Below, in pieces: positions 25,678 to 38,639 of a DNA stretch of 64,000 nucleotides. This DNA comes from the human T2T-CHM13v2.0 reference genome, Homo sapiens: the NCBI RefSeq assembly GCF_009914755.1, contig NC_060927.1; one strand, written 5' to 3'. The notes beneath the pieces were generated by a model. That model did not search any database. It saw only the letters and a list, made by a program, of their open reading frames with translations, and was not told the origin of the DNA. Within the stretch, counting starts at the first letter, position 1; every line of letters begins with the position of its first letter. Made by a program: the position numbers and the translations under genes.

Positions 25678-26139
25678 CTGCCCAGCTCTAACCAACCTAC
25701 CTGAATCTGTCCCCAAGACTGTGTTCCTAAGCTAACCTCACCCTTGGTGATGGCCCCAAGGACTCTCGTAGTTGTTCTCTCTCGTATGTCTTCAAGTTTT
25801 CCTTCTAAATGTAGCACCGCGTCAGAACACAAGTGTAGCCTCAATATCTTTATCTTTAAAGTAAACTTTCTTGACCCTCTGCACCCTTTCCAGTGATCAC
25901 TCCATCTCACTGATGGCTTCTAAGAGAGCAAAGCTCTTATAAGGCGTCATCTACATCTACCATCTCCCCGCCTTTCCTCCTCCCATTTCTTTCCAGAAAG
26001 GCTTTGTTGCCTCCACTCACCAAAACTGCTCTTAACAAGGGGCAGTGATTGTCATACGGCTAAATCCAGTATCAATACTCAGTTCTCATCTTACTCAAGC
26101 TATCAGCAGCTCTCATCCCAGTGGAATGCTCACCTTATT

Positions 26140-26425
26140 AAATCAATAGGCTTTATTTTTTAGGGCAGTTTTAGCCTTGCAGTAAATTGAGTGGAAAGTC
26201 ATGCAGAAAACTCCTTCCTATACAGCCCTCATCCTCCCTCAATATGCACAGCTTTCCCCACGACCAACATCACACACCAGAGCAGTACATTGACTACAGC
26301 CAATGAAACTATGTTGACACATCATTATCCCCCAAAGTCTATAGTTCACATTAGGCTTTATTTTTATTGTTGTGTATTCTATGGGTTTGGGCATCTGTGT
26401 AATGACAGCTGTTTACCATGGTAGT
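26140..26425 (-). mobile_element. L1MC/MD 3' end fragment
   Basis: 'gcagttttag...caccagagcagtacatt...ttgacacatcattatcccccaaagtctatagttcacattagg'. Confidence 0.75.
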
Positions 26426-26872
26426 CTCATACATGTTCACTCATTCTTGAAACAATTTCTTCACATGGCCTCTGGAGTACATGCGGGTGTCTCTCTCTCT
26501 CCTACCTCCCTGGCCACTCCTCCTCAGCTTCCTTTATGGGACCCTCTTTGGCCTCCTGACTGCAGTGCCAGTCCTCACACATCTCATTTTTATCCTCACT
26601 CATGCTCTTGGAGATAGATGACCTCATTGCTTTAAATTCCAACTATATTCTGATAATCCCCAAATTTCTATTTCTAACCCTGGCCTTTCTTCTAAACTCT
26701 AAACTTAGATATCCAAGTGGAGATGTTGTGTCATTATTTAGAGCTTGGTATATAATAGGCATTTCAGAATTAACATGTACAAAAATGAGCAGCCAATTCT
26801 ATCACCACTCCAGCTTGTTCCTCTCATAATCTTTCCCCTTTAAGCAAATGTCACCTCCATTCTGTCAAGCAT

Positions 26873-27695
26873 TGTGAAGGGTCTGAGATTTTTACCTTAC
26901 TTGCATACTAACCAGTTAGCCTCCCACAGTTTCATAGATGCTAGTAAAACACAAAATTCCTGGGCCAGAGACAAAGGACCTTATTATTCACAGACATAGT
27001 GGTTTCCAGGGCTTCATCTTATTATTATACCATTTCCACAATCCCCAATTCCCATAGGGTAATGTGAAGGAGGCCAAGTGTTACTTGCAGATTCAGTGGG
27101 TAGCATTACAGGACAGAGGCCCTGCCTTCGAGAACCCAAATATTTTCTAATTCATAGTCAGCAAGACTGTCCTTTAATTTGAGGGTGTCTCTGTCCATTT
27201 TCTGCTGCTATAACAGAATGCCATAGACTGGGTAATTTATAAAAACAGAAGTTCTGGATGCTGGGAAGTCCAAGAGCATGGCACCAGCATCCGGTGAGGG
27301 TCATTCCAGGTGGAAGTACAGAAGGTGGAAGCAGGCAGATGAGACAGACAGAGACAATCTGGCCAAACTCATTCTTTTTATCAGGAACTCACTCCTGTGA
27401 TAACCAACACGTTCCCACATTATCAGCTTTAGTCAACTCATGAGCGAGCTGTCCTCATGACCTAATTAGCTCTTAAAGGCTCCACTTCCCAATACTGTTA
27501 CACTGGGGATGAAGTCTCAACACATAAAGTGTTGGAGACACATTCAAACCATAAGAGAGAGAGACATTCTTTATCTTCCAAAGCTGTTCCCTATACAAAC
27601 ATCATTTAAAAGATTGTCTGAAACAAAGGCCTTCCATGCCTCTGCTTACCAGATGTGTGGAAACCTGAGAGTCCCGGGAGAACTGTCTCCTAACA
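26873..27695 (-). mobile_element. LTR40-like ERVL solo LTR interrupted by MST
   Basis: 'tgtgaagggtctgagatttttaccttacttgc...gttagcc' and 'tatcttccaaagctgttccctatacaaacatc...gagaactgtctcctaaca'. Confidence 0.65.
27186..27556 (-). mobile_element. MSTB/MSTC-like MaLR solo LTR
   Basis: 'tgtctctgtccattttctgctgctataacagaatgccatagactggg...cattcaaaccataaga'; TSD gaggg/gagag. Confidence 0.8.
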
Positions 27696-28114
27696 TAGTC
27701 AGTCTTCCCATTGCCTGGGCCAAAACTTCCCAATTCAATCTTGGCTGCTTTCTGTTTCCCACCCCAGCAGCAAATTCTGCTGCCTCCTCACCACCATCCA
27801 TTCCACTCTACTTCATGCCTCCATCAGCTTTCTCCTAGATGATTGGCCAACGGCAATGATTGCTGCTTCTCTCTCACAACCCTTCAGTCTTCCCTCAATA
27901 CAGCCATCAGAGCAATCCTCTTACACTCCAAGTCGAAGCCTGTCCCTCCTCTGCTCAATACCTCCAGTGGCTGCCATCTCACTGAGGATAAAGCCAAAGT
28001 CCTTCCCTTCCAGGCTTATGACCACACTTCCCCAGCCCTCCCACTCTCTGATCTTATTTTCCTTCCATTCCTTCTCACTCACTCCTCACTCACTTCCAAC
28101 CGCAGACCCATACT

Positions 28115-28225
28115 TTTTAAAAAATTGTTTATTTTGAGCCAGGGTCTGGCTCTGTCACCCAGACTGTAGTGCAGTGGCATGATCTCGGCTCACTGCAACC
28201 TCCACCTCCTGGGCTCAAGCGAGGT
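28115..28225 (-). mobile_element. Alu right-arm fragment
   Basis: 'gagccagggtctggctctgtcacccagactgtagtgcagtggcatgatctcggctcactgcaacctcc'. Confidence 0.85.
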
Positions 28226-28389
28226 CCCTCCGGCCTCCTTGCTGTTCCTGGAGCTCATTCCCAGCCCATGGCCTTTGCATTCGCTACTCCCTGTCCCTGT
28301 AACAGCCTCCTCCCCAGCATTTGCCTGGCTCACTCCCTCAACTCTGTCAGAGTCATTACTCAAATGTCACCTGACTGGAGGAGCCTCTG

Positions 28390-29270
28390 GATTTGGTTTG
28401 GGTTCTCCCAAAAGCGGACCTACAGACAAGGGCCTGTCTGTTAGCTTATCTGGGAGGTGGCCCAGGCTGCAAAATCAGGAGGTGCCGGAAGTGAGATGGG
28501 GGAGGGATAAAAACTCATAATGTTTATGGAAAAATGGGGGCCACTGGGCCTAATCCCACTGGGAACCCTCTGAGAGACCATTTAGAACATACTTCAAAAT
28601 CAACTCCACAGAGAATGGGAGAAGCTGAGAAGCTGAGAAGCTGGGCCATTCATTCACTGAGTCGCTCCCTGTATTTGTTTGCTAGGGCTGCCATTTAAAA
28701 AAATACCACAGACTGGGTGGTTTAAACAACAGAAATGTATTTCCTCACAGTTCTGGAGGCTGGAAGTCAAAGATTAAGGTGTAAGTGGGGTTGGTTTCTT
28801 CTGAGGCCTCCCTCCCTGGCTTGCGGATGGCTGTCTTCTCACTGTCTTCTCTCTGTGTCCTCATGTGCCCTTTGCTCTGTGCACAGGCATCCTGGTGTCT
28901 CTTCCTTCTCTTATGAAGACACCAGTTGTACTAATTAGGGCCCCACCCTCCTAGCCTCATTTTAACTTAATCACCTCTCAAAAGCTCCTGTCTCCAAATA
29001 CAGTGACATTCTGAGGTACTGGGGGTTAGGGCTTCAACATACGAAATTGGGGAGGACACAGTTCCACCCATAACACTCCGTCATTGCTTGGTTGTCGCTA
29101 TTATACCTGCTCATGCAGGGCAAGTTTCATGACAAGGAAGAAAGCCCTTGTACATCAGATTAGAGTGATGCCGGAGCCAGGGATGGGGGAGCTGCCAGCA
29201 GGGCCAGAATGACCCCCATAAGGAGTCAAGAGTGGGCAGAGGGGAAATGAGAAGTGAGTCCGCAATGTCG
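28390..29270 (-). mobile_element. LTR16-family LTR interrupted by MLT1A
   Basis: 'ggtttgggttctcccaaaagcggacc...ttatctgggaggtggcccagg...gggaaccctctgagagacc'. Confidence 0.55.
28670..29075 (-). mobile_element. MLT1A/MLT1A0 solo LTR
   Basis: 'tgtatttgtttgctagggctgcc...acagttctggaggctggaagtc...cccataaca'; TSD ctccc/ctccg. Confidence 0.85.
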
Positions 29271-29936
29271 TCCATGTTTCCCTGACCACTCTGTCTAACA
29301 GAGCACCTCTCTGTTACTCTCTGGTTCTTCACCTTGCTTTATTTTTCTCCTTTTCTCTTATGACCACTTGATATATTCTATGATGATATTTTTATTGAGA
29401 TCAAATTTGCATACCATAAAATTCACCCATTTAAAGTGTGCCATTTAGTAGTATATTCACAAAGTTAGACAACCATCACTGCTATCTAATTCCAGGGCCC
29501 TTTGATCACCCCAAAGAGGAAGGCTGCACCCATGCCCAGTCACTAACATATTATATTTTACTTTATTTGCTTAGCGACTATGACCCTTGCCACCAGAACA
29601 TTCTTCTTAAGTGCCAAGACTTTGCCTGACTTGCTCACTGTTCTGTCTCCACTCCCTAAAAAAGGGCCAGGTATATGGCAGTAACTCAAATAAGTATCTC
29701 TTGATTTAACATATGAACCAGAAGCCACCTCCCTGAAACTGACTCTAAATTTTGAGACAAGGGAAAAGACCAGGAATCGCAGGTAACTGGTTCATTTCAC
29801 CTCAAATGAATCTTGTCCTAACAATGCAGCCGGATGCTCAGGGGCTGGTATTCAGGCTCCAGCCTAGAATGGAATGGGGCACCTTTTGAGGGTGCTGGCT
29901 CCATAAACTGGGCTAATTTAAAATGTATGGGACTAG

Positions 29937-30244
29937 GGCCAGGTGCGGTGGCTCACGCCTGTAATCCCAGCACTTTGGGAGGCAGAGGAGGGCAGATCAC
30001 TTGAGGTCAGGAGTTTGAGACCAGCCTGGCCAACATGGCGAAACCACATCTCTACTAAAAATACAAAGATTAGCTAAGCATGGTGGCTCACACCTGTAAT
30101 CCCAGCTACTCGAGAGGCTGAGGCAGGAGAATCGTTTGAGCTCAGAAGGTGGAGGTTGCAGTGACTGAGATTGTGCCACTGCACTTCAGCCTGGGTGACA
30201 GAGCCTGACCCTGTCTCAAACAAAAAAAAAAAAAGAAAGAAAAT
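29937..30244 (+). mobile_element. AluS (Sz/Sx-like)
   Basis: Full dimer; TSD-like aaaatgtatgg on both sides. Confidence 0.93.
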
Positions 30245-30364
30245 AAAATGTATGGATCTGTGGTTGGAAAGATTTCTTTTGATGTGTGTTACATCGACTG
30301 TGTCATAATTCTTTTCTTGTGTCTTAAATGTTAACACTTGTAAGCTTTAGAGTGAGTTGAAGAG

Positions 30365-30600
30365 GTAGTGGGTGTTCAGCTTGATACCAGAAAGTATAGC
30401 CTTCCATCTCAGCTTGCTCACTTCGGAGTGGTGTGACCTCAAAGCAAGTAACCTCTCTCAGCCTCAGTTTCCTCATCTGTAAAATGGGGCAGGGCGTGAG
30501 GAGAAGCCTAACTCATAGAACAGTTTTGAGGATCAAAAGAGCAAAAACACATAGTTCACCCTTGACACATACTAAGTGCTCCTCAACCATTAGCTGTGAG
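30365..30600 (+). mobile_element. MIR
   Basis: Core 'aacctctctcagcctcagtttcctcatctgtaaaatgggg'. Confidence 0.75.
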
Positions 30601-30769
30601 CTCTGAATGAGGTCATGTTCATAATGCCCAGGATATGTCACAAAATAAAGTACATGCAACAAATGACTTGAATGAATTGGTCTCCTCTCTGCTAGACATT
30701 CCAAATGATCACTGAATTCTGTGTCTCTGCTCAGGAAAGTGAAACCTTATAATAGTACCTTATCTTTCC

Positions 30770-30773
30770 AAAA

Positions 30774-30824
<51 letters not shown>
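30770..30824. repeat. (A)n(TA)n microsatellite
   Basis: Direct reading. Confidence 0.95.
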
Positions 30825-30828
<4 letters not shown>

Positions 30829-30972
30829 GCTGGTAAAGATGTTAGCTATGTTTCTTACCTGTTAAGTGAGAGTAATTGATAAAATGAGTGACCATGAGGA
30901 TTGGAGGAGACAATACATGCTCAGGACACTGTAGGGCTCAATAAATGATAGTTATGAATACCATCTTTATTC

Positions 30973-31315
30973 CAAGTCTATAGCTTCTTCTCTAAAACCC
31001 TGAGGCCCAGAAGCATTTAGGAAATCAGAACTTTCCAGATTTTAGAAAGGGGCATATACATATACTATGTGACTCCCCCAGTGGGATGAGGGCAGCAGTC
31101 AGTAATCAAATACATTGATACTTTTGCTGTGAGACATATGAATGGCCACAGAAGTGAACCATGTGGACTGACAAGCAGCATTGCATCAGCACACGTCAGG
31201 GTTAGCAGGCAATGATTGGAAGTCAGAACAGGTTTTAACACCAAACAAGTAATTTTATAAACTTTTTCAGTTTTCAGAACTTTTCAGACTTGCATAGAAG
31301 GAATGGTAGATTTGT
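30973..31315. mobile_element. MER46C-like TcMar-Tigger MITE
   Basis: 'cagattttagaaagg...cccccagtggga...gtaatcaaatacatt...ttttcagttttcagaac'. Confidence 0.65.
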
Positions 31316-32723
31316 ACTTCCATTTTAGAGGCCAAAATATTTTGTTTTCTACTCTCCCCTAAGAGGCAAGGGAAACAAACATCTTTATTTCCCCAAGCAT
31401 GACACGTTTATATATTTGCAAAGAGAAAAAAAAAATGATTACAATGTTCCAATAAGAATGATATATGCAAAAGAAGGGGGAAAAAAATCCAAACTTGAAA
31501 CTAATTTCAGCAACAGCGATGGAGTTTTTTCAAAATTCTTTGCTCACAAATTCAAAAACAAAAACTGTCACACTGACGTGTCTTCCCAAATTTGGTTGAA
31601 ACATCTCTCCTGGTTTTGGAGAGGTCTTCTCTTGAGCACCAGCCAAGAACACATTCTCATGGCCAAGTTAGAGACATAAAAATGCAAATGCAAACACAGA
31701 GAGGCCCTTCCAATAACAGCCTGAGCGTGACTCCGGTGGTCTAGACACCTTCTGAGCTACGTCATTAGCCCACTGAGTGAGGCCCCCTCCCTGGCGAGGC
31801 CAGTGTCTGTCAGACTCAGAAAACATTTCAATTGTGTGTAAATTCTACCCATTTTATTGAATAGTTCTCAGTCCCTTGTCAAAATAATTAATGTGCATCA
31901 AAAATAAAAACACACACAGTTTTTCCTCCACTGGGAGTTGAACATTCCCAGAGAGGAAAGCGCCTGAACTGCAGACGGCGACTGACACGCAGGGCATCTC
32001 TGCAATCCTGGGCAGATAACAGGTGTCTTGGAAGATGCTGTTCCTGCTTACAGTTCTGTGCAGCTGAATTCTGCAATATAAATTATTAAAGAATGTGCAG
32101 AACATTACACAGTTCATGTACTTAATGATTATAGTTCACAGTCTAGGTCAGATATAATTAGATGTTACATTAAAATAGCTTCGCAGAGCCATTTATTCTG
32201 ATTTAATTACTTAAAATGATAGCATAATGAGCAATGCTTTCAAGGAAAAAAGTACTCCTTTAAATGGGCTCATTTTAAGTTAATACAAAGAAAATTAATC
32301 ATTTGAGTAAATGTAGGAGGACAAGTCCATGTCTTAAGTGACATTATTTCCATGTCACAAAAGTAACTTCCCCGTGACAACATGTTGCAAGTAATAGGAA
32401 AATAAATTTTTCCCCCCGTGAATATAGATTCCCATTTTCACCATTCTCTTCAAGTCTTATTCTCTTTTACTTAAGCCTTGGTGCAGGCAAAGATGACTTA
32501 AAACGCCAGCACTGTGACACACACATCCAAATGAGATCACCTCCAGGGATAGTAAGGAGGTACAAGGAATCCACACCAGTGAGACGGTGGCATTAGGAAA
32601 TAGTAGTGAGAAGCAGCATCGTGGCACAGCAATTAAGAGAGCAGACCCTGGAATCTGACAGGAACAGGGTCAGATATCAGCTTTGTCCCTTTACCTGTGA
32701 GACTGTGGGCAAGTTGTCTAGCC

Positions 32724-33230
32724 TAGCGGTCCCCAATCTTTTTGGCACCAGGGACCAGTTTTGTGGAAGACAATTTTTCCAGGAACCGCAGAGGGTTGGA
32801 GATGGTTTGGGGATGACTCCAGTGCATTACATTTATTGTGCACTTTATTTCTGTTATTATTAAATTGTATAATGAAATAATTCTACAACTTGCTATAATG
32901 TAGAATCAGTGGGAGCCCTGAGCTTGTTTTCCTGCAACTAGGCGGTCCGATCTGGGGGTGATGGGAGACAGTGACAGATCATCAGACATTAGATTGTCAT
33001 AAGGAAAACGCACCTAGATCCCCTCGCATGCACAGTTCACAATAGGGTTTGCGTTCCCATTAGAATCTAATACTGCTGCTGATCTGACAGAAGGCGGAGC
33101 TCAGGCAGTATGCGAGTGATGGGGAGCAGCTGCAAATACAGAGGAAGCTTTACTCACTCGCCCACCACTCACCTCCTGCTTTGTGGTCTGGTTCTATTCC
33201 AGTCCATTGGGTGGAGGCTGGGGACCCCTG
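32724..33230. mobile_element. MER1A (hAT-Charlie) inserted into a MIR (MIR ~32605-32723 and ~33239-33390)
   Basis: TIRs 'tagcggtccccaa' / 'tggggacccctg'; 8-bp TSD gtctagcc/gtttagcc. Confidence 0.9.
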
Positions 33231-34170
33231 GTTTAGCCTGTCTGGACCTCCATTTCCTCATCTTGAAGCTGGGGATAAAAAGCACCTACCTCAATGCGTG
33301 GTTTTGAAAATCAAATGAGATTCAGTGTACAAAGCATTCAGCACATGCCTAGCATGGAGTAGCTAAGAATAATTAATAGCTCTTGTTAGTGTAAATGGAG
33401 ATAACCAAGATTTTGCTGGCTCCTGACCCCTTCCCTGCATGCACTCCTCAGAGTCTCTAGGCCCCCGTTGCATTTTTCCAGGAGAAATTATAAACGTCTT
33501 GAATGGAAAGAATGGGGCCTCCCCAGTGCAATTTCTTTCTTCTGTTTTTAATAACTATAAATGATAAGAGATCCTCATATGAAGTTTTGAGAGTAGTATC
33601 AGTTCACTCAAAGAAAATATTCTACAAGGTTTAAAAACATATGGCAATGTTTATCTGCTTTTTTTCTGTCCTGAGTCAGGCTTTGTAGTAAAAACATTTG
33701 ATGCCGGGCTCAGGGGAATGAGAAAAAAATGTTAAATCAGGAACCTTCCTGTGAATACCTTCTTAAGACAGCTGTAATACTACCCAGGGGATGCTGTATT
33801 TATTTGGATCCTGGGACGCTTAGCAAAGGTGATGACAGAAAACACTGGCTTATGGATGCAGGGGGCTGTGGCAGCCAAAATAATGTGTCAAACTTGGCCT
33901 TGCACAAGCAAACCCCATCCAAGAGAGAGCTGACACAGTCTCCAAATGTATAACATTCTGGATGAGAAAACCAAAGCCACAGGGTTTGGAGAGCATGGGC
34001 TGTCATGGGAATTGCTTGTGTTCAAAATGAGTTTTGCCCCCACTGGGGACAGCACCACATGCTGTGCTGAGTTAAGGAGGAGAGTGATGTAAGAGGGCTA
34101 TCTTAGTTAGGGTTCCTCCAGAAGCTGACCCTAAAGCAAAAATCCAGGCACAAGTAGTTTACTTGGGAGG

Positions 34171-34532
34171 TGTCATGGTCAGTTTTATGTGTCACCTTGG
34201 CTAGGCTATGGTCCCCAGTTGGTAAATTAAGAACTAATCTAGGTGTTGCTGGAAAGGTATTTTGCAGATGTGATTACCATCTACCATCAGTTGACTTAAA
34301 GTAAGGAAATTAGCGTCCATAAGCTCGGTGGGCCTGATCTAATCAGTTGAAAGGCAATAAAAGAAGAGTTTTGGGTTTCCCTGAGGAAGAAGAAATTCCA
34401 CTTGTAGACTACAGTTCCAGCTTCTGCCCAAGAGTTGTTTCCTGCCTGCCCTGTCTGATGGCCTGACTTACAGATTTTTGGACCCACCTAGGCAGCCTCT
34501 GTAATTGCATAAGCCAATTCCTTTCAATAAAT

Positions 34533-34579
<47 letters not shown>

Positions 34580-34580
34580 G
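34171..34580 (+). mobile_element. MLT2C/D-like ERVL LTR ending in (CA)n (34536-34574)
   Basis: 'tgtcatggtcagttttatgtgtcaccttggctaggcta...ggtgggcctgatctaatcagttgaaagg...agccaattcctt'. Confidence 0.8.
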
Positions 34581-34589
34581 GAGCATTTT

Positions 34590-37530
34590 CATTTCTTTAA
34601 TGAAATTTCTTTTTCTCTATTTTTTTAGCTATTTTCTTAGTGGGTTCTCTAGGACTTACTATATACATCTTAACTTACCATAATTGACTTTAGATTCATA
34701 TTAACTTAATTCCAGTGAGATACAGGAAAGCTATTTATATGTACCTCTATTTACTTTTTCCCCTTTCTCGGTTATTATTTTTGTACACATTATAGCCATA
34801 AATGTTACAAGCCCAACAATGTATTGTTATAGTTATTACCTTTTATTACATTATGGCTTTTTTAAAAGGTGAGAAAGGGGATGAAGTATATATTTATAGC
34901 TTTTATTACATTAGCCTTCTTTCTTATCATTTCTGATTCCCTTCATTTGTCCCTGTGGATTTGAGTTATCATCTGTGATCCTTTCATTAGTCCAATGTAG
35001 TTTTGTTCTAACCCAAGCACCTTTAGTGCTGTTATTGGCAAATGTTTTACATTTTTGTAGGTTATGGACTCAACAGTACATCATATACATATCATCTTAT
35101 GCAGTTGCTTTTTAAATCAGTTAAGAGAAGAAAGGAAAAGAAAGATGCATTTATATTGTCTTTTATAATTACATGATTATATTTGCTGGCGCTCTTTGTT
35201 TTTTGTTTGGATTCAAAGTATTATCTGGAGTTACATGCTTTCAGCTGAGGAATTTCCTTTAGTATATCTTATAAAGTGGGTTTGCTAGCAACAAATTCTC
35301 TCAATTTTTGTCTATCTGGAAATATCCTTATTTTGTCTTCATTTTTAAAAGATAGCATTGCTGGATAAAAAATTCTTGATTGACAGATTATTTTTCTTTG
35401 AGCCCTTTGAATTTGTTATCCCACTGCCTCTGATCCCCCATTGCTTCTGGTGGAAAGTCAGCTGTTAATCTTATTGGTGTTCTTTTGTAAGTGATGAATC
35501 ATTTTTCTCTTCCTGCTTTCAAGATTTTCTCCTTGTCTTTGGTTTTCATCATTTTTACCATAATGTGTCTGGTTTTGGATCTCTTTGCATTTATCCTATT
35601 TGGAGTTAGCTGAGCTTGCTGAATGTGCAATTAAGTTTTCTTTACATTTGGGAAGTTTTGGCCATTATCTCTTCGAACATTTTTTTCCTGATGCTTTGCC
35701 TCGTCTACTTTTGGTACTGTCATTATGCATACCATATATTGGTGTACTTAGTAGTGTTGCACATTTCTCTCCATTCATTTTTCTATTCTTTCTCCTTTGT
35801 TTTTGGATGGCCTAATTTCTATTAATCTATCTTCAAGTTCACTAATTCTTTCTTCTGTTGGTTTAAATCTACTGGTGAATCTCTCTAGTAAAATTTTTAC
35901 TTCAGTTGTTGTACTTTTCAAAACCAGAATTTCTATTTTGTTCTTTTTAATAATTTCTATCTCTTTATTGATAGTCTCTATTTGATGTTACATTGTCCTC
36001 ATACCTTCCTTTACTTCTTTAATCATGGTTTCCTTTAATTCTCTGAACACATATGTAATGCCTGATTTAAAGTTCTTGTTAAATGTAACATCTGGTTACT
36101 CTTAAAGGCAGTTTTTGTTGCCATCCCCATCCCTGCCCTCCTACACACACACAAACACACACACACACACACAGGGAGAGAGAGAGAGAAGAATCATACT
36201 TTGTTTCTTTGCGTGTCTTATAAATTTTTTGTTGGAAACTGGGCATTTTAGATCAGGTACTGTAGCAACTCTGTGTATTGTCCACCCTCCCTTGGAAGTT
36301 GTAATTGTTATTTGCTTGTGTATTTGTTTAGTGACTGGCTAGATTATTTTAGTGAATTATACTTTGCTCTGTAAGTAAAACTTCTGATATCGCTCCTCAG
36401 GGATTGCAGTCTGGGGTATGCCTACAGTCACCCTGGGATGACAATAGTGTTGGCAGACTCTTTGACTTTCTCTTTCCTTGACTACTCACAACTGTTAAGC
36501 TACACTACTGGCTCTAGTGTTTTCAACATGCCCTAGGGTATAAACTGCTTCACAGGCTGATCCAATCAAAGTCCATTTTCAAGAAATAGTTATTTAGGTC
36601 AATGTTTGATATTTTTTCTGACTCCAGGAAGGTTCTTCTTATTTACCTCTTTTCCCTGTTTCTCTCTGGCAAATAAATTGGCCTATAGTCTAGCCCATAT
36701 CAACAATGAATCTGTTAGTCTCCAAATTGTCTTTCAACACAACCTCCACTGTTTTTGAGAGGACTCTTAGGCTTGAACTTCTTCACACTTTGTGGCTAAT
36801 CAAGTCAGCTCCTTTGTGGAGATATTTGGAGCTCTCTGTTCTATGGCCTTCTCACCCCAGGCAAAATCTCTATGCCAAGGTTCTAGTACTGAGGGCAGGA
36901 CCAATGGCACATTTTTATCTGAGTAATAATCCCACTTTAGGAGCTGAAGATTTGGTGGAGGGAGGGGCAGCACCCCCAAGTCACCTTGTCTTATTTCTCT
37001 CAGCAGCATGGAACCCCCACTCATGAGCTGGATCAAGAGTGATTAAGGCCCTGGTGTTTTCAGTGGGACTGTGCTTGAGGTAGAGCCTCTGTCCCATGAG
37101 TGGGGGCTAGGCAGAGGAAGAGAGCCTCCACCTCTCAGCCTCACTTGCCACCACTTAGCCTCAAAGACAAGGAGCTAGGACAGGATGGGAAACACTGACA
37201 TCCTGCCCTTCTTGGGCAGATCACTTTCTGACTGGGAGCTAGGAGAAAAAGAAACCCTGTTTTCTTGTATCACTCTGGAATGGAGTTTCTGTTTTGCCAG
37301 GCTGAGAGAAGGAAAGGAGGGGAAAGATCTTGATGCAGATATCATAGACTCTTGCTGTTCTTACTGAATATCAGTAGATTTTCTTCAATAAGGGTTTCTT
37401 CATTTGCTATGTGCCATTAGGACCATTTCCAGAGATTAAAAGAAAAAAAAAAAACAGTTCTCATCAGTTTCACTGAGGACAGGTCAGCAGATGTCTTCAC
37501 ACCATTATGCCAGAAGTGGAAGCCAGCTGA
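34590..37530 (-). mobile_element. Old L1M 5' region (5' UTR/ORF1 remnants)
   Basis: T-rich antisense L1: 'agcaacaaattctctcaatttttgtctatctggaaat...gctttcaagattttctccttgtctttgg...tcttcaagttcactaattctttcttctg'. Confidence 0.75.
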
Positions 37531-37979
37531 GTATTTAAATATGAATTTGATTCATAATCCCACTGGAAGAGTGGCAAGAAAAGGGGATTTATTTTGAGGC
37601 TTCATTTGAAAGTATATTGCATATCCTGCTTCCACTGCATTGCTAATTCTATGACTTAAGGCAAATTATTTCACCTCTCCTTGTCTTTGATTCCTCATCT
37701 ATAGAATGGGAATAGTAATTCCTACATTGCAGAGCCATTGTAAGGAATTGAAATTACATATCAAAGCACTTGACACATATTAGGTTTTCAGGAAAATGAA
37801 GTGGTTTTTATTATCATTTATTATCATTCAGGAGAGCTCAGAGAGGAAATTGGCTCTAGAAAAAATGGAACTCAGGCTCAGGAACACCCAATAGTGGATC
37901 CAACTCAATTTCTCTTTGATCATGAAATTGACCCTTTCAAGATATTAGGGTATTCTCCCTTCCTCTATGCACCCACCTC

Positions 37980-37980
<1 letters not shown>

Positions 37981-38024
<44 letters not shown>
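37981..38024. repeat. (CA)n microsatellite
   Basis: Direct reading. Confidence 0.95.
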
Positions 38025-38032
<8 letters not shown>

Positions 38033-38242
38033 ATTCATTCAAGGGGGAAAAGAAAAACAACAGCTGATTTTCCTCTTTTTAAAGAATCTAGTTTATCAGT
38101 TTAACGTACCACAGGAAATCCTCCCACACTTGAAGAAAACTGTTACAAAACGGAGAATGGCAATGACATAGCTCATCAACAAAACGGGAAATTTGGAGGA
38201 AAGAGGTCCCCAAAAACAGTGCTAACATGAGCAGGACCTTTC

Positions 38243-38430
38243 AGCAGTGGTTTTCCAATTGCAGAGTGTAGAATTACTTCTGGGGAATTTTGTTGAAAGG
38301 CTGATTCCTGATCTCCGCTTCTTCCTCCCTCAGAGACTCTGATTCTAAACTGGGGCCCTGGAATTGGCATGATGAACAGACCCCAGGGGATTCTGATGCA
38401 AGTGATCTTGCTACTTTGAGAACTCTCCAT
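38243..38430. mobile_element. MER5-type MITE
   Basis: 'cagtggttttccaa...agaattacttctggggaattttgttgaaa...cccaggggattctgatgca...tttgagaac'. Confidence 0.7.
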
Positions 38431-38639
38431 TGGAAGCTGACTCAAGCATCTGTAATGCCTTCCAGGTTCTTTCTGAACAAAGACATATAAAAGGGTCATA
38501 CTCTGGGTCCTCGCTGAGAAGACTTTAGGGACTCTTCGATCACTTCAGTTCTTAATTCAAGCTCCCTCTCTCCAGAAAGTCTAAAGGCATCCCAGGGTCC
38601 TTCTAGCAAGAGAAGTAAGTAGGCCAGTCCTGTTGTCCT

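Larger units (their letters stand above)
24690..29720 (+). mobile_element. Long L2 element fragmented by many younger insertions
   Basis: Apparently colinear pyrimidine-rich L2 segments ('cttgatgacttcagtatctatgtagatg', 'tcagttctcatcttactcaagctatcagcagc', 'cagccatcagagcaatcct') with a 3' end at ~29545-29720. Confidence 0.65.
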
